Below, one piece after another: positions 37,899 through 51,425 of a stretch of DNA of 54,534 nt. The stretch spans positions 18,063,159 through 18,117,692 of the forward strand of contig NC_068982.1 in the NCBI RefSeq assembly GCF_001194135.2. The letters are read 5' to 3'. Position numbers and translations under genes: made by a program. Positions within the stretch are counted from its first letter, which is position 1. Each line of letters starts with the position of its first letter. Under the pieces are notes generated by a model. The model searched no databases. It saw only the letters and a program-made list of their open reading frames with translations, and had not been told where the DNA came from. This stretch comes from Octopus bimaculoides. Lineage: Eukaryota.

Positions 37899-38915
37899 NN
37901 NNNNNNNNNNNNNNNNNNNNNNNNNNNNNNNNNNNNNNNNNNNNNNNNNNNNNNNNNNNNNNNNNNNNNNNNNNNNNNNNNNNNNNNNNNNNNNNNNNNN
38001 NNNNNNNNNNNNNNNNNNNNNNNNNNNNNNNNNNNNNNNNNNNNNNNNNNNNNNNNATGATATTACATAGTTATATTATGAAAAATTATACAGTTGGGAA
38101 AAGAGTATTAGAATTTCTCAATGAGAAAATCAGAAATAATAATTATCGTCTTAAATAAGGTGAGAACTGTTATTCCAACTGACCATTGGTACACTCAACT
38201 GATATGACTGCACTTTTATACATGAGTGCATAACAAATGAAATAGTAATCGAGGTATTAGCGTGCTGTACAGAGATAAGGTTCGTATTAGATTAACTAAT
38301 ATGAACTTTTGATGTTTACTTGCGAATAAATCATTACGATTACATAAAATATAGGCAATATATTTTACTTGAAATTATAGGAACCACAGAAGCCAATATC
38401 ATTAATACGATACAATAGCTATATCGTTGTCTAGTAATATACATACTGGATTACTTATGCATTGATACAAAATAATGCAAGATGACCATAGAAATAATGT
38501 CTTTGTAATTTGGGTTACTCCATTAGGACTGTTCTGCAGGAGACCAACAAAATATACCATGTTTCAACGTATGACCTAAAGCAATATTGTATGTTTAGGG
38601 ATTGATTTTATAGAGTTCTTACCATATATATCAAATAATGTATTTTACATTTTAGTATAAATTGCTTTGTAAAATATAGGGGTGATTCGTTGAACTCATT
38701 AAATTTTGCATATCAAATAGCAGACAACACTTTAGATGAATTGATGTTCTATAGCGTTTGAAATATGGCAGAACTGCACCATATTTTCAACGCTTTTATA
38801 TCATTAAGCCAATATATCGTCATATAAGCAGAAAACAATTGCTGATTGTTGCTTGTAAATAAGATTTTTCACAATCAGCAGTCTGAAAATATCATTATCA
38901 TATAGCATGATGCTT

Positions 38916-38956
<41 letters not shown>

Positions 38957-38966
38957 NNNNNNNNNN

Positions 38967-39033
<67 letters not shown>

Positions 39034-40309
39034 CTTACCTATATGATTTTTATTTACTAAGAATGTTTCTACTTTAAAATTATTTCTTTATTGATGTTTT
39101 ATCGAAACTCAGTCTTACGATGGTTTTTTCATTAAAAGCTAAAGCGTGCTTACGTTTAAATATCATTCTACATATTCCTTCTTCATCAGTCTGATTTTGT
39201 ACTGAGATCGACATACGAAACAGTTACCAAATATTTATGATTTATGGCTATGCAAACAAAATATATAAAAGTATGTGTGTGTATGTATATAGGTGTATAG
39301 ATGTGCATAAATCTGCATATGCAAACATAAACCATATATATATATATATANNNNNNNNNNNNNNNNNNNNNNNNNNNNNNNNNNNNNNNNNNNNNNNNNN
39401 NNNNNNNNNNNNNNNNNNNNNNNNNNNNNNNNNNNNNNNNNNNNNNNNNNNNNNNNNNNNNNNNNNNNNNNNNNNNNNNNNNNNNNNNNNNNNNNNNNNN
39501 NNNNNNNNNNNNNNNNNNNNNNNNNNNNNNNNNNNNNNNNNNNNNNNNNNNNNNNNNNNNNNNNNNNNNNNNNNNNNNNNNNNNNNNNNNNNNNNNNNNN
39601 NNNNNNNNNNNNNNNTATATATATACTACATACACATATATACGCACACACGTTTATACCTATCTGTGTGTGTGTCTGTCTGTCTATCTATCTTTCTACC
39701 TATCTATCTGTATGTATGTGTGTTGTGTGTGTACGTGCGTGTGCGTATATGTGTGGGTGCGTGTGCGTGTATGCGCATGTGTTTATCAGTTTGCGTGAAC
39801 ATACGTGCCTGTGCGTTTCACTGTCTAGGAATCATGGTAGGATTAGAATGCGAACCGATTATGTAGCTTGGAATACGTAGTTCAGGTTATATTATATAGA
39901 AGAGATTGGATGGTTACATAAATGTATTTATCGGAAATCCACCGCCGTGATCACATGTATGTATGTAATCATTTCCATTCTGAAGAAGTTAGTCGTTCCA
40001 CAACTTTGTAATAACGTAGGAAATTTAAACGGTAACTGCATATAGAATACGAATTGACTTACTCTGTTCTTCCTTAGCATTTTTACATTAATCTAACCCT
40101 CTTAATATTAGAACCACCATGAATTCATAACTGATAGTAGGTAATAGTACAATGCTTCATAGGTTTTCTGGCGAAAGTGTTACATATTTCCCCTATTTTC
40201 TTCAACGATACGAATGCAGTCCCTACTTGTATTTTTAAAGTTGATATTTAATCTATTAATATCTGTTGTCAAATTGCTATGTATATAAGGGCGTCAGTAA
40301 ACCAATAGT

Positions 40310-40535
40310 AGTTATGAAGCGGGGACAAACGCAAACTGCAAGACACACACATATATATATATGTATATATAAAACACAAACGTATATAAACAACGGGCTT
40401 CCGTATACCGAACTCACTCAGAGAGCACTGGTCAATCTGGAGCTATAGTAGATGACAGTTGATCGAATTGTCAGGCAGCAGTCTACACTTGAAACCACGT
40501 GATTTCTAAAGTGAGCTTCTTGGCAAAGACAGCCA
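40310..40535 (-). mobile_element. SINE family A, diverged partial
   Basis: ACGGGCTTCCGTATACCGAACTCACTCA...GCTATAGTAGATGACA. Confidence 0.7.
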
Positions 40536-42005
40536 TGTCTGTTCAGTTCTACATTATATTTCTTTTCTGGTACTTTCAAATTATATTATCATTTTACCTT
40601 TTAAATAGATATTGTTGCCTTTTGGGATCGTATTTTTTTGGTTTGCTTAACAAACACACACTATATATTTGTTCTTCACTTGTTTATTACTGTTCCTATT
40701 CTAACTTATGTCCATGTCTGGAAATCATTCGTCACACATCTGTGGCTTCCTCAGTGACACTTTCCGTCTTCATGTGTGCTCTTGCTTTGCTTAGTCCATT
40801 CTGTTCTTCTATGATGTGTATCCTTATATACAAATGTATCTGTATTTGTGTGTGTACATGTGTGTTTGGACGTGTTTCATTGTTCTTAGTAGTAGTGTTA
40901 ACCTCCCCTCATCCTCGTCCCTTGCTCCGTTGCCGCAGCTGCTGCTCTTGAAACCGATTTTTCGTACCGTTCTTTTGACTCACTGTTTGTGTTCGTNNNN
41001 NNNNNNNNNNNNNNNNNNNNNNNNNNNNNNNNNNNNNNNNNNNNNNNNNNNNNNNNNNNNNNNNNNNNNNNNNNNNNNNNNNNNNNNNNNNNNNNNNNNN
41101 NNNNNNNNNNNNNNNNNNNNNNNNNNNNNNNNNNNNNNNNNNNNNNNNNNNNNNNNNNNNNNNNNNNNNNNNNNNNNNNNNNNNNNNNNNNNNNNNNNNN
41201 NNNNNNNNNNNNNNNNNNNNNNNNNNNNNNNNNNNNNNNNNNNNNNNNNNNNNNNNNNNNNNNNNNNNNNNNNNNNNNNNNNNNNNNNNNNNNNNNNNNN
41301 NNNNNNNNNNNNNNNNNNNNNNNNNNNNNNNNNNNNNNNNNNNNNNNNNNNNNNNNNNNNNNNNNNNNNNNNNNNNNNNNNNNNNNNNNNNNNNNNNNNN
41401 NNNNNNNNNNNNNNNNNNNNNNNNNNNNNNNNNNNNNNNNNNNNNNNNNNNNNNNNNNNNNNNNNNNNNNNNNNNNNNNNNNNNNNNNNNNNNNNNNNNN
41501 NNNNNNNNNNNNNNNNNNNNNNNNNNNNNNNNNNNNNNNNNNNNNNNNNNNNNNNNNNNNNNNNNNNNNNNNNNNNNNNNNNNNNNNNNNNNNNNNNNNN
41601 NNNNNNNNNNNNNNNNNNNNNNNNNNNNNNNNNNNNNNNNNNNNNNNNNNNNNNNNNNNNNNNNNNNNNNNNNNNNNNNNNNNNNNNNNNNNNNNNNNNN
41701 NNNNNNNNNNNNNNNNNNNNNNNNNNNNNNNNNNNNNNNNNNNNNNNNNNNNNNNNNNNNNNNNNNNNNNNNNNNNNNNNNNNNNNNNNNNNNNNNNNNN
41801 NNNNNNNNNNNNNNNNNNNNNNNNNNNNNNNNNNNNNNNNNNNNNNNNNNNNNNNNNNNNNNNNNNNNNNNNNNNNNNNNNNNNNNNNNNNNNNNNNNNN
41901 NNNNNNNNNNNNNNNNNNNNNNNNNNNNNNNNNNNNNNNNNNNNNNNNNNNNNNNNNNNNNNNNNNNNNNNNNNNNNNNNNNNNNNNNCATCATCATCAT
42001 CATCA

Positions 42006-42082
<77 letters not shown>

Positions 42083-42086
<4 letters not shown>

Positions 42087-42231
42087 TCACTGCCTGGAAT
42101 CGAACTCGGAATCTGATAAAGGCTGGAGGGTATATCAGACGAAACGTTGTGTTAACAACAAACAAGATGAAGACAAATGTCGGTCAAATGTAAATAATGT
42201 ACATAATTCCTCATCTCTTAAATATAGAACG
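42083..42231 (+). mobile_element. tRNA-head/hammerhead element, copy 1 (inverted head fragment, hammerhead, tail)
   Basis: 42083-42112 is the reverse complement of the B-box segment of copy 2; CTGATAA-A-GGCTG...CAGAC-GAAACGTT-GTGTT at 42113-42153; tail ends AAATATAGAAC. Confidence 0.85.
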
Positions 42232-42884
42232 TCAAATAATGAATTTAACAGATTAAAATAATGTACATTTTATTTAAATTGAAATTAGAAATCCTCCCGA
42301 TTCAATTCTTCTATTAATGAACTTTTATTTAATTTAGTGTTACATTTCACAGATGTAGAACTAACGTTCAATAGATTTATTCAATTTGTAAATGATCTAT
42401 AATCTGAACTATATTTCATTACCATCATAGTAATAATTAGAAAATTCTTGTTAATTATTTGACTTTCAGTCTGAAGTATGTCATATATCGAGAGAAGAGA
42501 AATGTAACATTTATTATAATTTACACAGATGTTAACGTCCTCGTAATATATTACAATTTATGCACATAACTTTCAGAGGATTTGTTTAGTTTAAAGTAAG
42601 ACAAATATACATTTCCATTAAGATATTCAACACTGATTTTATTCCTTACCTGAATGTTTCTAATATTATAGCATGCAATTAGCAGATTTCAAAATACAAA
42701 TTTTATCTACGATTTAACTTTCCTCCGACTAAAATTGATTTTATATTGATTAGATATTCATTTAATACTAACTTAATCAATTTCAGTGACACGACATCAC
42801 CAACATTTCTTTCAGTATTATCATTTGTTAAGGTTACATATATTTAAATTTATAATAGAATCTCATTGTTCATAATTTAGCTAC

Positions 42885-43040
42885 ACGGCCAGTAGATTTG
42901 ATGATAATGAGCTTGGCTAAATCATCAATTTCGGTATTTGACTAGCAGTTTATTTTGTCAACCATCAAATGGTTGAAAGGCAAAACTGACCGTACCGTTG
43001 AGTTCAGAGCTTAAAGACAACTACCAAGCATTTTGCCCTT
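42885..43040 (-). mobile_element. Old SINE family B copy
   Basis: TGAAAGGCAAAACTGACC...TTGAGTTCAGAGC. Confidence 0.6.
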
Positions 43041-44422
43041 TCAATGCATGGAATATATAAAGGTCTTCTATATTAATATAGATTTCTACTATACCATGTA
43101 TGTTTATTATGTAAGGAATTCTACGAATATAATAAATGACGGTAAAAATGAATCAGGCATTTAAATACTTTATGGAGGCAGCATTATGTTTATTTTTCAC
43201 GATATTTGTAAGCAGTATGTTCGACGCTGCTCGTTAAATACGTTATGTCTTCAATAATGATGAGCAAAGAAATATTTTGTAAGGCTTTTGTAGTAGTTAA
43301 TTGCGCATTTGTTGGACTTCATTTTTTTTACATGCACTCCTTTGCTTCAATACTGTTTGAACTTTTATATTGAATGTTATGATACGCACTATAATTGAAA
43401 GGATTCGTCGTACTCGAGAACAGTATTTACTATTAAGCTATCAATATTGATTTGTACAGCACACTGACGCACACACACGGGCACATATAAACAAATAAAA
43501 AAAACAAAAAATACACATACATATAATATATGAATTTCTCTCATTCGCTCCCTCTGAATATATATATATATATATATATACATAAACACAATATCATAAA
43601 CAAAACTGATTAACAGCATGTTATCAAAAAGTCTGTGTCTCACTGTTATACCTATTCACTGTGATTATGTAGACATTTATCGAGAACTAGTTGAAATCAT
43701 GCGTATTTAGATAAGCTAAGTAATAATTAATCCAGTTTGTATCATATTATAAATATCTGAGATATTTGTTTAGTCATTATAAAAATAGCAACCTGGCATC
43801 AACCTTAAATCAGTAGCAAGTATGTATGCATTTCCTTCCATAATTCCAGCCTTATAAAGCCAAGAAATGCAAGCAATGTACCTAACATCGTTACGAGTAT
43901 TGATTTTAGGAGAAAAATCATTTGTATGGAAGTTAATTAGCTTTAGAACCATTTTGACAGATTCCAGATGAATATGTCAATTATTCTATTTACTTGGTAT
44001 CTTGTTTATTTCTAATTTCCTTTTTGTAATTTGTTTAAAAATTTAATGAAATATGGTATTTTAGATATCTAAACAATCAATGAGGTTAGCAAAGTAACAC
44101 ATTTTATGAATATACATTATTCTCTATCAGACAAGGTCATTCAAACCCGAAATATGATGTCAGGTCGTTTAGAGAGTGATTGATTACATTTTCGTCATGC
44201 TACAACAAATCATTTATGTTATTGTCAATGTGTCGTCTACCCTAATCTTGTATCAAAATTATATTATCATACGTCTTGCTTATGTTATTTAGAAATATGC
44301 AAAAATAGATCGCCTTTAAATTAATCAAGCCATCTATTATTTTCAAATTTTGAATAATATTATATAAATATCATAATTTTCTTTCGAAGTAAAAACCTGA
44401 AAGTCACAGACTATATAAACTC

Positions 44423-44758
44423 ACAGTTCTATATTTAAGAGATGAGAAATTATTAACATTATTTACATTATTTACATTTGACGGATATTTGTCCTCATCT
44501 TGTTTGTTGGCGTAGTGGTTAAGAGCGCGGGCTACTAACCTCAAGGTTCCGAGTTCGATTCACGGCAGTGACCTGATTAATAATAGTAATAATAATAATA
44601 ATAATATAATAATAGTAACATCGTTAGGAATGAGAACCCAGATTCGAAATTTCCCCAAGACACCTGTCGAAGGCTGGAGGGTATATCAGCCGAAACGTTG
44701 TGTTAACAACAAACAAGATGAGGACAAATATCCGTCAAATGTAAATAATGTAAATAAT
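44423..44758 (+). mobile_element. tRNA-head/hammerhead element, copy 2 (inverted tail, head, (TAA)n, hammerhead, tail)
   Basis: A-box TGGCGTAGTGG 44508-44518; B-box GAGTTCGATTC 44551-44561; perfect 52-bp inverted repeat 44458-44509/44707-44758. Confidence 0.9.
44659..44704 (+). ncRNA. Minimal type I hammerhead motif with mutated core
   Basis: Stem I GACAC/GTGTT; core CTGTCGA (2 changes from CTGATGA); extra A; stem II GGCTG/CAGCC; GAAA; palindromic AACGTT stem III. Confidence 0.7.
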
Positions 44759-46087
44759 GATATATAAACTCAGTTAGGCACCAACATTGTTCGTCTCTTC
44801 GTTTAGAAATATATTATGAATCTGTCTGAGGGAGAATAAAGACAGCAACTACTGGTGGCTCACGTTTACGAATATGAATTACTGGAATGTTATGACAACG
44901 ATCTTTATATCTGAGAAAGCTACCAGATTCATGAGGCTGATTATACTAAAATACAAAGTGAACGTATAAATTCAAAATACTCCAGCTTTCGACATGAACT
45001 GATTAACTGAGATAAAAAAAAATCGTTAGTATTTTTAATTATTATTCCAATGCTTGATGACCAGTCAGTGTATTTGAGTTTGTGATTTTTTTCATATATT
45101 CTTGTTCGATAAATGCTTACATAACGCTTAAATGATTGATAATTGGAAGAGAATAATAAATAGAGAAAACATGCTATAGAAAAGGATAATTTGATATAAA
45201 ATAGTTCATATCAGTTTACTGTTTTGCTGCTGCTGTGTAAGATTATGTGATTCTTGATAGGGCAGAAGGTGCTCATGTGGTGATCATCAAGTCTTTGTCT
45301 CAAACACATTGGATCCAACGCGGCATCATCCTGATATATATTACTTTTCATTTTATTAAATCGGAAGAGACTGACCGGAACAGATGTGGCTGCTGTTTTT
45401 ACCTGCTCTTGTGAATATGCATGCAATTTTTCAGTTCATCGCAGGATGTTTTTATAACTGTAGCTTGTGGATAGTCGAAATTACACTAATATGAAGCAAG
45501 TACTTTTTCCCGACGTTAAACATGAAATTTCAAGACGAAAGACACACTTCGGACATTTCACGTAAAAATAAAAATATCCTGAACAATGTCAGACGTATAT
45601 GCGATATAACAAGAAACTAAAATATAATATTACATCAGTATTGAATTCACATAGTTAAAAAGAGAGATTGTCGATGCAACTATATCGCATCAAACTTAAT
45701 GCTTCTCGTTTCTTGAAGAAATATCAAACTGACATTTCATTTCGCAGGAAACCAGTACAAGACATTGCGTTTAAAGTGGGAAATGAATTTAGCAAACTGA
45801 ATTATGCTTCATAAAAGATACGTCATGTATTTCCAGTAATATCGGAACTATCGATAATATTGTATGACATCATTTCACATCTGATGAAATTAGTAAATAC
45901 ATTTGAAAATGTCACGTTACAAAGTTTCTAGTGCTTATTTTACGGGCTTCCAATTATAGAGAACTTTTTTAAAAATTTCAGCTTAGAGGCAATATGATTT
46001 TTCCGACTTCCTATATCTAGTTTTATGAAACACAAGGAATATACGAATACAGATTTCCATATATGCGTACATATACATACATACATA

Positions 46088-46174
<87 letters not shown>

Positions 46175-46828
46175 ATTAATATATAAATATGTGTATGTAT
46201 GTATATATATATATATATATATATATANNNNNNNNNNNNNNNNNNNNNNNNNNNNNNNNNNNNNNNNNNNNNNNNNNNNNNNNNNNNNNNNNNNNNNNNN
46301 NNNNNNNNNNNNNNNNNNNNNNNNNNNNNNNNNNNNNNNNNNNNNNNNNNNNNNNNNNNNNNNNNNNNNNNNNNNNNNNNNNNNNNNNNNNNNNNNNNNN
46401 NNNNNNNNNNNNNNNNNNNNNNNNNNNNNNNNNNNNNNNNNNNNNNNNNNNNNNNNNNNNNNNNNNNNNNNNNNNNNNNNNNNNNNNNNNNNNNNNNNNN
46501 NNNNNNNNNNNNNNNNNNNNNNNNNNNNNNNNNNNNNNNNNNNNNNNNNNNNNNNNNNNNNNNNNNNNNNNNNNNNNNNNNNNNNNNNNNNNNNNNNNNN
46601 NNNNNNNNNNNNNNNNNNNNNNNNNNNNNNNNNNNNNNNNNNNNNNNNNNNNNNNNNNNNNNNNNNNNNNNNNNNNNNNNNNNNNNNNNNNNNNNNNNNN
46701 NNNNNNNNNNNNNNNNNNNNNNNNNNNNNNNNNNNNNNNNNNNNNNNNNNNNNNNNNNNNNNNNNNNNNNNNNNNNNNNNNNNNNNNNNNNNNNNNNNNN
46801 NNNNNNNNNNNNNNNNNNNNNNNTATAT

Positions 46829-46881
<53 letters not shown>

Positions 46882-47796
46882 CCAAGGATCGAGATGTAGG
46901 AAGAAAGCTTCACGTAAAGCGTAGTAAGTATAAAGAACAATTTTCAGGGACAATAGAAGGAAGGTTGTGGATTTTTTCTTATCGAAGTACATAATTTGAA
47001 AAAAGTTCGTATTATATTTTACGGTAGACAACCGGGGTTACTGGGTATGCGAATAAGAATACAAGATTTAAGGAATGGAGTAATTAAGATACGGGAAACC
47101 TACGTTTCATAACGAGCGGAATTTCGGAAGTGGTTAATATCCAAGTGAAATGTATACCGCAGCCTAATCTCTGCAAGTGGCCTGCGTGATCTCAAACAGC
47201 GCACAAAATATAGGGAAGTTGTGTGCTTCCCACGGACAAGTTCGGTAGAATGTCGATTGAGAGCCTGCAGAACTGCATCCAAGCTATGCAACCCCATGGT
47301 CAAACATCCTAGGCGCAAGAAATCGTACGACTAACCACTTCCAGGACACTGATAACGACATTCCATCACCGTATGATCTTCGCAAAGACCATAATACGAA
47401 CACTGACTCAGCAACAGAACCACCAACGAGACCGTTCTGCGTAGCCAATGTTGCCAACAGCTACCGGATCTCCTACTTACTCTCTATGATCATACGCCCT
47501 CTGATCAAAATGTCCCTGAATGTGTGTGACGGCATACAGGATCTCCTCAGCATAAGCAATGACTGCAACATATATATATGTATGTGTCTGTGTAATATGT
47601 GTGTACATGTGTTTGTGTGTTGACTGATATTTAATTATTTAATGAGAACAGGTCAAAGTTCGAATATGATATATTAATTTTATTTTTTATTTGTAGTATT
47701 ACCTTATATTTTAAGTTCACTTTCAAGCATTTGAACATTCGACATCCAGTAACCCATTAGTGTCCCAAAGCCAGCTTCGTTTCCAGTACGGAAATA

Positions 47797-48004
47797 TTCT
47801 TTTCTACTTAAGGCACAAGGCCCGAAATTTTTCGGGAGGGGGCTAGTCGATTAGATCGACCCCATTACACAACTGGTACTTAATTTATCGCTCCCTAAAG
47901 GATGAAAGGCGAAGTCGACCTCGGCGGAATTTTAACTCAGAACGTGAAGACAGACGAAATACCACGAAGCATTTCGCTGGAGATGCTAACGTTTCTGCCA
48001 GCTC
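47797..48004 (-). mobile_element. SINE family B, full length
   Basis: GATGAAAGGCGAAGTCGACCTCGGCGGAATTTTAACTCAG; tail GGCACAAGGCCCGAAATT. Confidence 0.93.
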
Positions 48005-48194
48005 TGTGCCTTTTCTGGAGCGGAAATATTAAGGAAAGAATGTTTTCGTGCAATTTCCATCGGGTCGCAATTTCTTTCTTTTTGAAGCCTAATTTAAACG
48101 TTAAATTCAGCATCGTTATATGGCTCTTGGACATATTTCTATTATCAATTTTGGGATTTCTGTATATAGTATTGTAGAATTGTATAGTGTGTTT

Positions 48195-48248
<54 letters not shown>

Positions 48249-49404
48249 ATATATATATCAATCTTTATTACATGTTGAGGAATGTAGAGCTGCAATATCA
48301 ATGTCGAAAATGCCGCCAGGTATGTGTTGCTTTTATGATGAATGTAGCTATTTTATTAATGGAAGTTATAGCTCCTTATTTGCGCTGGAATTGTATATTA
48401 TGTTTTATGTCTAATATTGTGTGGTTTCTGATCTTTTCTGGTAAAATGAACTCATCATACATTAGTTAGTTGCTATGAAATAATAAGGTATAATAATGTG
48501 TAAGAAGTAAGATCCCAGACAAAAAAATATTAGAGGTAGCCATATTCCACGGTAATTCTTTATAATACAACTTCACCAGTTTTCAGTAAAGCATATATAC
48601 GTGTGTTTCCCTTATTCAAATGCTGGCACAAAATTGGTCCCTATATATTGAAAAAATACTTTAAAATATTACTGATCGAACGATGCTAGTCATATGTAAC
48701 CACCTAGGCTAGGTGAGTGTCCCGAAACAAAAATAATTCCATCAATATTTTCAGAGATTGCCCAAATAATGCTAATGAAACATAATTTTTATACACTTCA
48801 GACATATTAATTGTGGTCATTATCATTCGAAGATAAAGAGACAAAGGTTGGTAATTCTTATTTGACAAAATGTCACTTATGGAAATGGAATCTGATTCTT
48901 ATTTTCTGTCTGACTAATTTGGTTTGATTTGTTTTCCAGCTGTATTTGCTTGTTCTGATATCAATACATATATATATATATATATATATATANNNNNNNN
49001 NNNNNNNNNNNNNNNNNNNNNNNNNNNNNNNNNNNNNNNNNNNNNNNNNNNNNNNNNNNNNNNNNNNNNNNNNNNNNNNNNNNNNNNNNNNNNNNNNNNN
49101 NNNNNNNNNNNNNNNNNNNNNNNNNNNNNNNNNNNNNNNNNNNNNNNNNNNNNNNNNNNNNNNNNNNNNNNNNNNNNNNNNNNNNNNNNNNNNNNNNNNN
49201 NNNNNNNNNNNNNNNNNNNNNNNNNNNNNNNNNNNNNNNNNNNNNNNNNNNNNNNNNNNNNNNNNNNNNNNNNNNNNNNNNNNNNNNNNNNNNNNNNNNN
49301 NNNNNNNNNNNNNNNNNNNNNNNNNNNNNNNNNNNNNNNNNNNNNNNNNNNNNNNNNNNNNNNNNNNNNNNNNNNNNNNNNNNNNNNNNNNNNNNNNNNN
49401 NNNN

Positions 49405-49439
<35 letters not shown>

Positions 49440-50338
49440 TACATACATACAGTCGTGTCTACTGTATATAAATGTGCTACCAACACGATTATTTCGTGAC
49501 ATTAACATCAGGAACGAACACAAAATCATATTAGTCTGAAGCGGTTTGAATGGTATACACACACATACACACACACAAACATACACACATTCACGCCTGC
49601 GTACACACATACACACACACATACGCACATACATACATATATACCCCTGCCTATATTGAATTGATTCAACGTTTCATTTCCGTTACCCCATTACCAAAGC
49701 CTTAATTACACGAAGGGCAAATCCTTTTAATTCTATATTCAGTTTTCGGTCTAGATGCAACTCAAGAGCAATATATGCAAATTATTTCCAGAAGAGCCTT
49801 ATGTTGATCTATACCCGTTGATCTATACTCACTGCTCAAAATTTAATAGAAAATAAGAACATGGAAGCCTACCGTATACGTTTATATATCTGCTTTCGGT
49901 GACAATGGTTATTTATTACGGAGCTGTGATTTACAATCCTGTATATAATAATGATAATAATGGTATTTTTATAAAAGCTTAAAGCTTATAGCGATCACAT
50001 TGCAATGACTAACGAAAATAGTCTAATAAAGGGGCATATAAGCCATCGAAAGAAAAAAAGAAGACTTTGTGATCCTCTCGGCAGTCAATCCCATATCCCT
50101 TTGTTAACGCGACTGTGTTACCTTTACAACAGCGAATCAGTCTCCCCCGGCCTCTCAAATTTAAGAACTATATATTAGTTCGTATTTGTTTTCATGTAAA
50201 CAATTTTTTATATGCTTTCGGGATGTGGCTTCGATTCTCACGCGGATGGGAAAGCCTTCTTTTTTGTCACTAATAATGCCCATTATTAGTCTATTTTCCT
50301 TAGTCATTGCATGGTGGTGATTGCCATAAGATTTAAGC

Positions 50339-50340
<2 letters not shown>

Positions 50341-50405
<65 letters not shown>

Positions 50406-50414
50406 CCTACCGAC

Positions 50415-50501
<87 letters not shown>
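50341..50501. repeat. (ATCT)n microsatellite
   Basis: About 40 units with a short ACCT interruption. Confidence 0.99.
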
Positions 50502-50502
<1 letters not shown>

Positions 50503-50647
50503 ATATACGTTATACATATATGTACAGTGTGTGGTGAATATATTGTCGCCTGAATTACGCAAAACTTAAAATAATACTGACATCTCATTTTAAGATATAT
50601 ATTTACTAAAATTACATAAAAAATTCTTGAGATATTAAAGTGCAAAT

Positions 50648-51251
50648 TCATTTAATGAATTCGTCATTAGCCTCCAGACGATTTCGGAATCTCTTACAAT
50701 ACTTCTAGACTGTCTCCCTGGTTAAGTTGGTGAATGCTACCATAATTCTTGCCTTCAGGTCATCTTTGGAGTTTTGTTTGTCTCTCACTCAACTGAGCCC
50801 TACAAATAATAATCAAGGGAGTTGCAGTCTAGAGAGTTAGGTGGCCAGATGTTAGGGATGATGTGGTCACACAACTTCTCGGACAGCCATGAATATGTTC
50901 TCCTGCTTGTTGGCATAGGTGGAGCCCTGTTGCCTGGCACAGGTTCTTCTATCAGCCATCCTCATCTCCCAGAGCAGCACAACCATCTCCAGGCACTTGA
51001 TATAGGCCTACGTGTTAGGTGTGGGGCCAAGATGAATGGAGGCATAACGTCTCCACCACTAGTGATCACTCCAAACACCATAATGTTAACTGGATGCTTG
51101 ATTTTTATCGCTTTCAGTACATGCCTTTAGATTGCACAGTCCCCAGATGGACACTCAAACACTCTGCAATGTTTCAACTGGAGCTTCCGGCGTCAATGCT
51201 CATCTGTACAGCATGTCTTTTCCAAATTTCAGGCAGAGCGAATTGCGTCAT
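50648..51251 (-). mobile_element. Internally deleted Tc1/mariner transposase pseudogene (DD37D/maT-like)
   Basis: MTQFALPEIWKRHAV...TVQ joined to KHPVNIMVFGVITSGGDVMPP...; later WLSEKLCDHIIPNIWPPNSLDCNSLDYY; ends RLEANDEFIK*; stops and frameshifts. Confidence 0.9.
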
Positions 51252-51386
51252 ATTGCTGATTTTCTCACAGACGGTGGCGAACGGACCCTACTATACTATT
51301 CGACAAAATACAAAACAAACAATGTTTATGTGCAAAATTAATGGTGACAAAGTACCCATTGCAGCCTCTGAAAATGTATATAAACA

Positions 51387-51425
<39 letters not shown>

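Noticed and set aside
44508-44575. Possible tRNA gene
   Set aside because: A and B boxes are present but acceptor and anticodon stems do not pair; it is a SINE head.
45861-45918. CTGATGA...GAAA match (similar matches near 17615, 27441, 33450)
   Set aside because: Stems I-III cannot be formed; chance match in AT-rich DNA.
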